DNA from: Polyangiaceae bacterium
GTDB taxonomy: Bacteria > Myxococcota_A > Polyangia > Polyangiales > Polyangiaceae
DNA length: 64,000 bases
Assembly (NCBI GenBank): GCA_050287085.1
Contig: JBNKBE010000003.1
Location: 15,252-79,251 of the forward strand
Reading direction: 5' to 3'
Under the pieces are notes generated by a model. It made no database searches and had not been told where the DNA came from. It worked only from the letters and a program-made list of their open reading frames with translations. How positions within the stretch are numbered: position 1 is the first letter of the stretch; each line of letters begins with the position of its first letter. The translations under genes were made by a program, and so were the position numbers. This document shows, piece after piece, positions 37,701-45,817 of the stretch.

Positions 37701-40655
37701 ACAACATTCGACCACGCCGAAACGATCGGGCGACAAACAGGAGACGTACAACACACCTTATACGCTCAAACGCATCGCTTGCATCGACTGCTCTTGATCG
37801 GACGCCCACTGCCCCAGGTTCAGGAGGAGCTTGAGCGCCTAGTTCCTGCATTGGAGGCCGCAAAGAGCGTCAACCACGTCGTGGGTGCCCAGGTCGTCAG
37901 AGCGACACTGGAACGCCTTCAAGGGAGCGAGAGAGACACAGAAGCACTCGCTGCGCGGCGCCTGGGGCAATGGGCGGAACTCGAGAACTGCGGCAACGCA
38001 CAATGGCTCTTCGCCTTCGCAGAAATGCAACTCTTCAACGCCGTCATTCTGCAGCACTGGGACGAAGCCCACCAATGGTTGGAGAAGCTGGCGCCGCTGG
38101 CACCAGCGGGCAGCACCCTCATATCCGTACCCGAATACGCCGCGTGCGAGACGATTGCCTTGTGTGCCAACTGGGACACGATGACTCCGGAGGCGCGCGA
38201 GCAAGTCCAGGCTACGGTAACAGCCAATCTAGCCCAGCTCGAGGATTGGGCTAGCTGCTGCGCCGCCAACTTCGAACACAAGTATCTGCTGGCGAAAGCG
38301 GAATGGGCTCGTTGCCACAAAGAGCCGGCAGACGTGGTTGCCAGCCTCTACGAAGGTGCGGCCGAGACCGCGGGAGAAAACTTCACTCCGCTGAAGGCAT
38401 TCGCCCTGGAGCGACATGGCCGCTACTGGCAAGCTCGTCAGCAAACGAGACTAGCAAGGGCCCTGCTGCGAGAGGCCTATCAGCTCTACGCTCGCTGGGG
38501 CGCGAGGCTCAAACTGGAGCACCTCTCCGAAGAGTATCCGGGATGGTTTGCTGAAACGATGGTTCAATCAGGTCCGAGTGCGACGCAGCGCCTCGCCCGG
38601 AGCACCAATGCCACTGCGACGGCTGCGCTCGACCTGGCAGCGGTCATGAAGTCCACCCAGGCGATATCGGGCGAAGTCAAGCTGGAGCGCCTATTTGCCC
38701 GCCTCATGGAAACCATCATTGAGAACGCGGGCGCTGAGTGTGGCTACCTCATGCTCCTGGACGCCGACGGTCACTTGCAGGTCGAGGCCCGCGCGGACCT
38801 TCACGAGGCTAGCGGATGCCTAGCGTCGAGAAGCCCCGAAGACTATTCGATGTGTCTGAGTGTGGTCCGTTACGTAGCCCGCAGCGGGGAAACCTTGGTC
38901 CTCGACGACGCCGTCAGCGACCCACAACATGGCTGCGATCCGTATTTTCAGGCCTCCAAGGTGCGTTCGGTCCTCTGCTTGCCTATCAAGTCCGGCGGCA
39001 AGCTGGTTGGCTTAGTGTACGCCGAAAACAATGCAACGAGCCATGCGTTCGTTCCGGAGAAGCTCGCGGCACTCAGCATGATAGCGAGTCAGGCCGCCAT
39101 TTCCATCACCAATGCTCGATTGTATGATCATCTAGAGGAAAAGGTCGCGGAGCGTACGGTGGCCCTACGGAAGAAGACCGACGACGTCGTCAAGCTGCTG
39201 GAGAATATCCAGCAGGGAGTCTTCACTGTGTTGAACGACGGTACCATCCACCCCGAGTATTCGCACCATCTTGAGGAAATTCTGGAGACGAACGCCATCG
39301 CCGGAAAGACTCTCAGAGAAGTCTTGCTCTCAAACACGAACTTGGCCCCGGCACAATTGGCAGCGGTGGACGACATGGTCACGCTAGCGGGCGGCACACC
39401 GCTGTTTCTATTCGAGGTCAACCAGCACTGCCTGCCGACCGAGGTCCAGCTTGAACTCGGGGACGGACGCAGGAAGCTAGTCGCTCTCGAATGGATCCCG
39501 CTCACCGACGAGGACGACATTGTAACCACGGTCATGATCACGGCCAAGGACACGACCGAGCTGCGCGCGCTCCAAGCAGAAACGGCACGACAGCGTAGCC
39601 AGATGCTGATGGTTGAGGAGCTACTTCGCCTCAGTGGAAGCGACTTCCTACAGTTCGCTGAGACCTGTGACCTTCTGATGCGACGCAACCGCGAGCTCAT
39701 ACAGCAACCCGGCTCGCGAGAGGGCGTAGTCGCGGAGCTATTCCGCAACACCCACACCATCAAAGGAAACGCCGGCGTCGTTGGGTTGAGAAGACTGGTA
39801 GACGCAGCTCACGAACTCGAAGAGCTCTACTGCAAACTCCAGAACGGCGATACGTCGTGGGAACAGGAGGACGCCTTGGCCGCCGAAGACCGCGTGCAGA
39901 CGAGTCTGCAAGACTACCGGGAGGCATACTACACGCACCTGGCGGGTCGTGAGCGATACGCCGATCAGAGCGTTCCCCTCGCCGAGCTGCGACACGTCAT
40001 GGACGTTGCATCATCACCCGACGCGCTCGCCGCCGAGCTCAAGTTCCTGGTAAACAAGGCCAGCAACAACACCCTTGAAGCCCTCCTTGCGGTTCCCATT
40101 CAGAGCACGCGCCGCATCGCCGAGAACCTAGCCAAGAACCCTCCTGTCTTCAAACTCGAGGCGGCTGACCTGCACATTCCGGAGTCCATTGGTCCAACGC
40201 TGAGAAGCGTATTTACCCACGTGTTGCGCAACAGCATTGACCATGGTCTCGAAACGCCAGCAGAACGTCAAGCTGCGGGCAAGTCCGCCATCGGCGTGAT
40301 TGTGATAGAAGGACACCAACGCGCCGACATGTTGGAGTTTCGAGTCACCGACGATGGCCGCGGATTGGCTCTCGAGAAGCTACGTGCCCGCTTCGTGAAG
40401 ACACACCCCAATGCGGTGCATCCAACGGTCGGAGAGATCGCCGATTCCGTATTCGGCGCGGGCAACTCCACCGCAGCCCAAGTCACGGAACTGTCGGGGC
40501 GTGGCGTGGGGCTAGACGCGGTGCGTAGTTTCCTACGAGCCGCTGGCGGAGACGCCCGCATCGAGTTGCTGAATGAAGAGAAGAACGGCTTTGCGCCCTT
40601 CTGCTTGGTGCTCACCTGCGCTGCCGAACAAAGTGCCATACAAGCAGCACAATGA
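34743..40655 (+). CDS. Multidomain Ser/Thr kinase-AAA ATPase-TPR-like-GAF-PAS-like-Hpt-HATPase (CheA-like) sensor kinase
   Basis: HRDVKPDN, YMSPEQSGRMNRSVDYRTDFYSLG; Walker A GAVGVGKS; LLLDDLQWAD; GAF (SVLCLPI...VYAENN); Hpt LFRNTHTIKG; HVLRNSIDHG, DDGRG, SGRGVGLD. Confidence 0.92.
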   Translation: MGWSDYEITKTLSKGSVTAVYRAVRKHDGARLVIKTFVTEYPPAHLRARLEREAHRLRRVQSSNVVELIAYEPSESLPLLALADVDGVPLSGLGPFPISSFLSIALQLTRGLAALHASGIIHRDVKPDNAVLNQATGRAYLIDLSSASLEGEHELTTKSGTEPVSPPYMSPEQSGRMNRSVDYRTDFYSLGITFYELLSGSLPFEAEDAMGWVHCHLSRAVPDVRERMASVPQTLALIIAKLTEKDPDARYQGCAGLLADLERCRDGLERSGEVPHFEPGASDLSPVFRLPTQVFGRNAEIQDLVEQFEASRSSSARLLLVEGAVGVGKSAVLSALQPNVQLAGGFFARGSFDRLGQAIPYSGVLKALDQVMSTLLALSEQELDVQRSRILSRVGPNGRVLTELLPSSELVLGAQPALAELGPAEALRRLKAVLSGLLQALATAEHPLVLLLDDLQWADPGTLELLRDWFVEQQLECLLVAGGVRTDEDENQAVTKSLAQLRGEAPSAVTELKLGPLSRPALESLVGAAIGKDSPLRSPLGEMLEQKTAGNPYFAGSLLRELARQSILRFDSEAAHWTCDLAAASAIRVSDNVAGMMLDRLRSLPEAVLHLLQVAACFGIQTQMDALARVAKLECTDVETISAAAVKEDLVVLIRQEDRSILRFTDERVQQAAYDLSTPDRRAEIHLAIARYQNTQPTSHGLLERVNHYNRGCQHITDAAEFDTLVELNRKAGDQAMQSAAYPSALSYFQQASQALTDASDEVRKRNSFIVGLALAECLYQTTQLDAAARQCERLLEHAADELERAHVTVFQARLAEHAGDFQGTLDLLRAGLAQLKIELPADHDAIGQAIGGGIEKMQAHLAQTPLADIPKLPLMENQAMALAMRMLYHVVPSAIQTYPPLFILAELLMFDLTLREGLTPYACKNVMDCGIIQGSVLGDYRRAFDFGQSAFALIERFRPTAIESSAAFVQAAFIAHWSMPVEESLTTFDHAETIGRQTGDVQHTLYAQTHRLHRLLLIGRPLPQVQEELERLVPALEAAKSVNHVVGAQVVRATLERLQGSERDTEALAARRLGQWAELENCGNAQWLFAFAEMQLFNAVILQHWDEAHQWLEKLAPLAPAGSTLISVPEYAACETIALCANWDTMTPEAREQVQATVTANLAQLEDWASCCAANFEHKYLLAKAEWARCHKEPADVVASLYEGAAETAGENFTPLKAFALERHGRYWQARQQTRLARALLREAYQLYARWGARLKLEHLSEEYPGWFAETMVQSGPSATQRLARSTNATATAALDLAAVMKSTQAISGEVKLERLFARLMETIIENAGAECGYLMLLDADGHLQVEARADLHEASGCLASRSPEDYSMCLSVVRYVARSGETLVLDDAVSDPQHGCDPYFQASKVRSVLCLPIKSGGKLVGLVYAENNATSHAFVPEKLAALSMIASQAAISITNARLYDHLEEKVAERTVALRKKTDDVVKLLENIQQGVFTVLNDGTIHPEYSHHLEEILETNAIAGKTLREVLLSNTNLAPAQLAAVDDMVTLAGGTPLFLFEVNQHCLPTEVQLELGDGRRKLVALEWIPLTDEDDIVTTVMITAKDTTELRALQAETARQRSQMLMVEELLRLSGSDFLQFAETCDLLMRRNRELIQQPGSREGVVAELFRNTHTIKGNAGVVGLRRLVDAAHELEELYCKLQNGDTSWEQEDALAAEDRVQTSLQDYREAYYTHLAGRERYADQSVPLAELRHVMDVASSPDALAAELKFLVNKASNNTLEALLAVPIQSTRRIAENLAKNPPVFKLEAADLHIPESIGPTLRSVFTHVLRNSIDHGLETPAERQAAGKSAIGVIVIEGHQRADMLEFRVTDDGRGLALEKLRARFVKTHPNAVHPTVGEIADSVFGAGNSTAAQVTELSGRGVGLDAVRSFLRAAGGDARIELLNEEKNGFAPFCLVLTCAAEQSAIQAAQ

Positions 40656-40826
40656 CTTGCACCGTCCCGATCGGGACGAAATCGCCCTCTTCCGCACGCG
40701 GCGAACACTCATGCGGCTCGCTCGCAGCGGACTCCTTCTGCATGCGGCTCCCAGTGGACGCTGGTAAGTGTGCGAGCAATTAGGGCTCGGACTTCGATGC
40801 ACTCGCGCCGCCAAGGGCACGCTGAA

Positions 40827-40844
40827 CTGGCACAGCTCATGCAA
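40827..40844 (+). promoter_or_regulatory. Candidate sigma-54 (-24/-12) promoter
   Basis: CTGGCACAGCTCATGCAA has GG-N10-GC with TGGCAC and TGCA, about 16 bp upstream of ATG 40860. Confidence 0.55.
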
Positions 40845-40859
40845 CGAGCCGATGCAGCA

Positions 40860-42272
40860 ATGAACACCGACAGAATACTGTTGCTTGAGGATGAGATTAC
40901 GCTGCGGGATTCGTTGTGCCGAATGCTGCGAACACAGCTGGGCTTCGAGACACACGCGACCGGTTCCTTGGAAGAGGGACTCGAATTGGTCGAGTCCCTC
41001 TCGCCGGCGCTAGTTCTCACCGACCTGGAATTGCCAGACGGTTCCGGACTCCAGTTGCTAGACAGTCCATCGATCCAAAGCAAGCAGACCCCCATCCTCT
41101 TCATCACCGGTGAGCTGGAGCGTTTCGCAGCCGACATTCCTGAAGCGAGACGGCTAGATGTACTGAGCAAACCGCTCGACCTGAGTGATCTCGGAGGTCG
41201 GATTGAGAAGAAGCTGCGGCTACGGCTCAGCAATCCTCCCCCCAAGTCCGCGTTCACCGTAGCCGACTACCTGCAACTGGCCGGCATGGCACGCCGGAGC
41301 GTCATGGTGGGCATCTCGTCCCCGAGCGGCGCAAGCGGCAAGATATTCGTCGAGGAGGGGCGTCCCGTTTGGGCCGAGGATGACGAGGGCAGCGGGCCAG
41401 AGGCATTCGCACGCCTCGCCGTACTCGTCGGCGCCGACATCGCGTGCAAGCCCTGCAGCGAATGGCCCGCCGAACCCAATCTCAATCAAAGCCTGGAGTC
41501 CATGTTGCTCGAGGCCGTTCGGGTCAGCGACGAGCGAGCGCACAAGTCCGCGCCCTCGGGCCGCTCACCCGCACCGCCGTCTGCAGCGAAACGCCCGGGT
41601 CCACCCCGCCCGGCTCCGCGCGCCCAGGCGACCGGGGCAAGCTCGAGCGAAGAAGCCATCCCGCCCACCGATCGGCACCCTGGCAACGCAGCCTTAGAAG
41701 TGAAGCCGACAGGGGCCAACCCGCAGACGAGCACCTCCGCCGACCCGCGCGGAATCCAAGCGCAAGCGCCCGCTGCGGAGACAACAAGCCCGCCACCGTC
41801 GCCTGCACAACCGGCCAGCGCTCAGCGCCGCCCGCGCCAGGCGCTCACGACGCCACCCAGACCAGGACACGGACTGGGTGTCCCGCAGGCGCCTTTTAAC
41901 GCCCGTGGCGTCCCCTCGGGCGCCGCCCCGCGGTCGACGCGCAGAGCTCCTTCTCTGGAAGAGCTCTCCGCCGCGTGTCCCTCGCTACTCGGTTTCACCC
42001 GAGCTGATAGGCACGGCAGTGTGGTAGCCATGACTGGGGAGCTCGACGCTGAGACAACATGTGCTGTCGCGACGTTGGCAAGACAAAACACGGCGGCCAT
42101 GGCCGCCGAGCTCGGGCTGGGAGAAGTTCGTTCGTGGCAGATATCCATGGGCGAAAGCACCTGGTACGTGGTCGAGGAGGCAGACGGAATGGTCATCGCC
42201 CGCGGTGAAGTCACCAAGAACCCATCGGCAATACTCAACAAGCTCAACAAATTGCTCCTCCATAAGCCATGA
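40860..42272 (+). CDS. Response regulator: REC-DUF4388(PatA_N-like)-Pro-rich linker-roadblock/LC7-like domain
   Basis: RILLLEDE, LTDLELPDGSG, FITG, SKP; VADYLQLA...GKIFVEEGRPVWA...MLLEAVRVSDE; C-terminal LLGFTRADRHGSVVA...DAETTCAVA. Confidence 0.82.
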   Translation: MNTDRILLLEDEITLRDSLCRMLRTQLGFETHATGSLEEGLELVESLSPALVLTDLELPDGSGLQLLDSPSIQSKQTPILFITGELERFAADIPEARRLDVLSKPLDLSDLGGRIEKKLRLRLSNPPPKSAFTVADYLQLAGMARRSVMVGISSPSGASGKIFVEEGRPVWAEDDEGSGPEAFARLAVLVGADIACKPCSEWPAEPNLNQSLESMLLEAVRVSDERAHKSAPSGRSPAPPSAAKRPGPPRPAPRAQATGASSSEEAIPPTDRHPGNAALEVKPTGANPQTSTSADPRGIQAQAPAAETTSPPPSPAQPASAQRRPRQALTTPPRPGHGLGVPQAPFNARGVPSGAAPRSTRRAPSLEELSAACPSLLGFTRADRHGSVVAMTGELDAETTCAVATLARQNTAAMAAELGLGEVRSWQISMGESTWYVVEEADGMVIARGEVTKNPSAILNKLNKLLLHKP

Positions 42273-42937
42273 ACAACGAAGCGATCGCGAGTCTCAGCGC
42301 AACGTCCGGTGTCCGCGGGGTTGCCATCTTCGACGACAACGGTGGATGCCTAGCCAACGAGCTTCCGCCCCCCTATGAGCCCAACTTCGTACGGGACGCG
42401 TTAGATCATCTTTCCAGAGCGTTTGATGTCTTTGCTTCCCTCGATGAAAGCGACGCGGCAGGTTTCTCCATGAACTGCGACGAAGGCTGTCTGGTGCTAC
42501 GGCGCAGCGGTCCTCACACCGTGATTGCCCTCACGGAGCCTGACATCAACATGAACATGCTGAGCGTAGCGCTCAACGTAGCCACGATGAATCTCAATCG
42601 AAGCATGTCTCATCCAAGCACGCCTGAGTCCACGCGCGCGTTCAGCTCACAACTAAGCCACGGCAGTCAGCTACTTTCACCCTTGCCTGATGATGCCGTT
42701 GGACTTCCCCCGGACGCGCTCGATCGCGCGATCGTGCAACAGCTATTGACACTCTACCGCGACTATCTCGGTCCAGCAGCGAAGATGGTCCTAAAACAGC
42801 AGCTAGATGAGTTGGGGGTCACCTCCCGCACCCTTCGGTACAGCCAATTCGGCGACCTCCTGGTGCGCCTATCCAGAAAAATCCCAACCGAGGACCGCCA
42901 GCAGACCTTCTTGCATTCCGCACAGAAGCTCCTCTAG
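42269..42937 (+). CDS. Roadblock/LC7 (MglB-like) domain protein with C-terminal helical domain
   Basis: IASLSATSGVRGVAIFDDNGGCLANELP...; ATGA overlap with the upstream stop. Confidence 0.75.
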   Translation: MNNEAIASLSATSGVRGVAIFDDNGGCLANELPPPYEPNFVRDALDHLSRAFDVFASLDESDAAGFSMNCDEGCLVLRRSGPHTVIALTEPDINMNMLSVALNVATMNLNRSMSHPSTPESTRAFSSQLSHGSQLLSPLPDDAVGLPPDALDRAIVQQLLTLYRDYLGPAAKMVLKQQLDELGVTSRTLRYSQFGDLLVRLSRKIPTEDRQQTFLHSAQKLL

Positions 42938-42962
42938 TACCCCCCTCTCGCCGTTCGACAAC

Positions 42963-44726
42963 ATGTTGCCGCAACCGCAGAATCCCCCGATACGCGAACT
43001 CGCGTCCACGGGAACGATCCTTCGCGGTCGCTCCCTTGGAGCGCTCGGTCCTGGCACGCACCTCGGCGCCTATGTCATCGAACGACACTTGGGCCAGGGC
43101 GCCGAGGGCAACGTCTTCTTGGCGCGAGACAGTGTCCTCGGTCGTCGTGTGGCTCTCAAGACATTGCGAGCGGGGACTGCAGGGGCCACGCGTGGCGTCG
43201 AAGAGGCTCGGATGATGGCCAGTCTCGAACACCCCAACATCGTTCGAGTTTACCACGTCGAACGACACCAACTGGTTTGGTTCGTCGCGCTTGAGTACGT
43301 GCCCGGGGGCAGCCTACATTCATATATCCGTAGGGTCGGCCCCCTTCCCATCTCCGAAGCAGTAACGCTATGCGCTCAAGCCGCTGATGCCTTAGCCCTG
43401 GCGCATCAGCTTGGCCTGACCCATCGCGACGTGAAGCCGCACAATCTGCTGCTCACAGACGAAGGTTCGTTGAAGCTTTCCGACTTTGGTCTCGCGCGAG
43501 TAGACGGTACGCGAGGTGGCCATCAGGGCCCTATCGGAACGCCCGCGTTCTTGGCGCCCGAGTGCTGGAATAATGAACCAGCTACGCACGCGGTCGACGT
43601 CTACGCTCTCGGCGCGTGCCTCTACTACATGCTTGCAGGGCGCACTCCCTTTCCTTTCCGAGACATGGACCAGCTGTGCCATGCACATCAGCGGCTGAAT
43701 CCAAAGCTGCCTACGTCTCTTCCGACCGCCGTCCAAGAGCTCATCCTGCGCATGATGGCCAAGCTCCCGGAAGAACGTCCTCAATGCGATATCACACTCG
43801 TCGATGAGCTCCGACGCCTGGCCCGGGATCCCCTAGGAGCCTGCTTAGCCACGGCTAGCCCTGAACCTAGGAGTAGTCCGCTGGTCACAGATGATCAGCA
43901 GAACTTGCTCGACTCCGTAATGCTCTACGGCCCAGAACGCGAAGCCGTGGGGGCGCTGATAACCGCACTCCAGGCAAACCATCCCGTGTGCATCACCGCC
44001 CCTCGCCTGGCTGAAGCCGTCTCACTCTTGCATGCCGCGCTTCGTCAGCTGGCACCGGCCATACGGACCTGCGCTATCGTGACCCTCAACGAGAGCACTG
44101 GGTCTCTCCGGCAAGCTATCGTCGGTCAAGCCTGCCCCGAGGCACCGCAAGTGCTGGGACGTGCGCTGGCGCGGATCGGGGAATCGAGTCGCCATCAGGC
44201 CCTGCTCGAGATTCGCACCGAACGTCCCTTGAACGCCGCACAAACTTCGGAACTCAACGCAGTGCTCCGAGAAAGCCGGGCGCAAGGTACAGCCTTGGTA
44301 CTGCTCGCCGGAAACGCCATACAAGCGCCTTCCGTTAATGACAGCGATGACATCTACGTGCTGGCGCTGCCGCCACCCGACTTTGAGACCTTTGCCCTGC
44401 GCGTCCAGGCTTGGTTTGCCTTCGCCACCGAAGGTCGATTGCGCTGCACGAGAGACGCGCTCGTCTTGTTGCATCACATCGAACGGCAGGGGGGGCTGCC
44501 GTGGTTCACGGTATGTCGTGCTAGCGCCCTGATCGCAGCGGCCGCCAAGCTGCGACTGGTTACCACCTGGGCAGTTGACGCGGCCCATGCTCTCCAGGGG
44601 CCTCTGCGCAATCTCGCAGATGTGCCTGCTAGGTACTTTCGACCACCCAAACGGTGGCCCGATGAGACGATGTCCGCCCGCCTTGAGGAGCTTCGCACAA
44701 GTGTAGCCCAAGCGGGGTGCGACTAG
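42963..44726 (+). CDS. Cytoplasmic Ser/Thr kinase fused to a degenerate ExeA-like AAA domain
   Basis: LGQGAEG, VALK, HRDVKPHN, DFG, GTPAFLAPE; C-terminal ExeA-like pattern without Walker A. Confidence 0.85.
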   Translation: MLPQPQNPPIRELASTGTILRGRSLGALGPGTHLGAYVIERHLGQGAEGNVFLARDSVLGRRVALKTLRAGTAGATRGVEEARMMASLEHPNIVRVYHVERHQLVWFVALEYVPGGSLHSYIRRVGPLPISEAVTLCAQAADALALAHQLGLTHRDVKPHNLLLTDEGSLKLSDFGLARVDGTRGGHQGPIGTPAFLAPECWNNEPATHAVDVYALGACLYYMLAGRTPFPFRDMDQLCHAHQRLNPKLPTSLPTAVQELILRMMAKLPEERPQCDITLVDELRRLARDPLGACLATASPEPRSSPLVTDDQQNLLDSVMLYGPEREAVGALITALQANHPVCITAPRLAEAVSLLHAALRQLAPAIRTCAIVTLNESTGSLRQAIVGQACPEAPQVLGRALARIGESSRHQALLEIRTERPLNAAQTSELNAVLRESRAQGTALVLLAGNAIQAPSVNDSDDIYVLALPPPDFETFALRVQAWFAFATEGRLRCTRDALVLLHHIERQGGLPWFTVCRASALIAAAAKLRLVTTWAVDAAHALQGPLRNLADVPARYFRPPKRWPDETMSARLEELRTSVAQAGCD

Positions 44727-44777
44727 CCGCTCAGGGGAGCGCTGCGATTTCTGTCTATTGCAGGGAGTAGAGAAGTA

Positions 44778-45584
44778 ATGTTCAGGACCATTCAAAGCCG
44801 AATGTTGGCGATCTTCATTGGGTTCCTAGTGCTACTAGCAACCACCGTCATCATCAGTCGCATCGTGCTTACAATACAAGCCAACGACAGCCTGATTATC
44901 AACCTAGCGGGCCGTCAGCGCATGTTGACACAGAAGATGACGAAGGAGAGCCTGCAGCTTGCCAACGCCGCGACGCTCCAAGAGTCCGGGGCGGTGGCCA
45001 CGGCAAAAGACGAACTATCGCAGACGATGCGGGTGTTCGAGGCGACATTGCTGGCCCTCAAGAACGGTGGCTCCGCGCCTATTAACCTGGAAATGACGCG
45101 CATGCGGGAGACACCGGCTGCAGGCGATCAGGACTTGCAGCGACAACTGGCCAAAGTCGCGAGCCTCTGGGAGCCGTTCAAGGCGCACCTTCAGACCATC
45201 ATCCAATCTGGCGGAGCTGACCGTGACGCCACAACCGCCGTCGGGAGGGCCAATCTCGAACTGCTGTATGAGACCAACGCTGCGGTAACCCTGATGCAGC
45301 TCTCCTCCGAAAGAAGGGTGGACCTCTTGTTCCTCGTCCAAACCCTGGCCCTGCTATTGGGCGTTGCTTTGGTCGGCGTCGGCGCGTGGCTTGCACGCGC
45401 TAGCATTGCAACACCGATCAGCGAGTTGGCAGAGGCCGCTCGCAAAATGAGCACAGGGGACTTGTCAGTGGAGTTCAGCCTCGCCGGCACCGATGAGGTC
45501 AGAACCCTGAGCGCCTCGTTCGACCGAATGCGGGCGAGCTTGCTCGCCACCGTCGGGGCGGGTGGCTCCGATGACGACCTCTAG
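44778..45584 (+). CDS. NarX/PilJ-N-type membrane sensor with HAMP and no output domain
   Basis: TM1, P-box INLAGRQRMLTQKM, helical periplasmic domain, TM2, HAMP (PISELAEAARKMSTGDL...DEVRTLSASFDRM), then stop. Confidence 0.88.
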   Translation: MFRTIQSRMLAIFIGFLVLLATTVIISRIVLTIQANDSLIINLAGRQRMLTQKMTKESLQLANAATLQESGAVATAKDELSQTMRVFEATLLALKNGGSAPINLEMTRMRETPAAGDQDLQRQLAKVASLWEPFKAHLQTIIQSGGADRDATTAVGRANLELLYETNAAVTLMQLSSERRVDLLFLVQTLALLLGVALVGVGAWLARASIATPISELAEAARKMSTGDLSVEFSLAGTDEVRTLSASFDRMRASLLATVGAGGSDDDL

Positions 45585-45817
45585 TCCCAGAGTCGCGCAG
45601 CGTTGAACACATCCGCACACCTTGCGGCCCGCCTGGATAAACCGCGCCCCAGCTCGCGGCCCGGCCCTTTTTTGCTCACGACCTTAACGAATCGCGCGTC
45701 ACCGCCGCTCCCTTCCTCATGGCGCCCCCGAAACAGCGCTGGTAGCCCCATTCGCACCCGCGCGCTGCTCCCAGCGGCTCGGAGGGCTGCGCTGGCTCCG
45801 CAAGGTTGAGCGAGCAT

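Noticed and set aside
34743..44726. Kinase plus NTPase genes as an anti-phage (Avs/STAND-like) defence system
   Set aside because: No nuclease, TIR, SIR2 or other effector is visible; the outputs are signalling domains.
45642..45673. Intrinsic terminator after the NarX-like gene
   Set aside because: The 5-bp stem is separated from the T-run; too weak to call.
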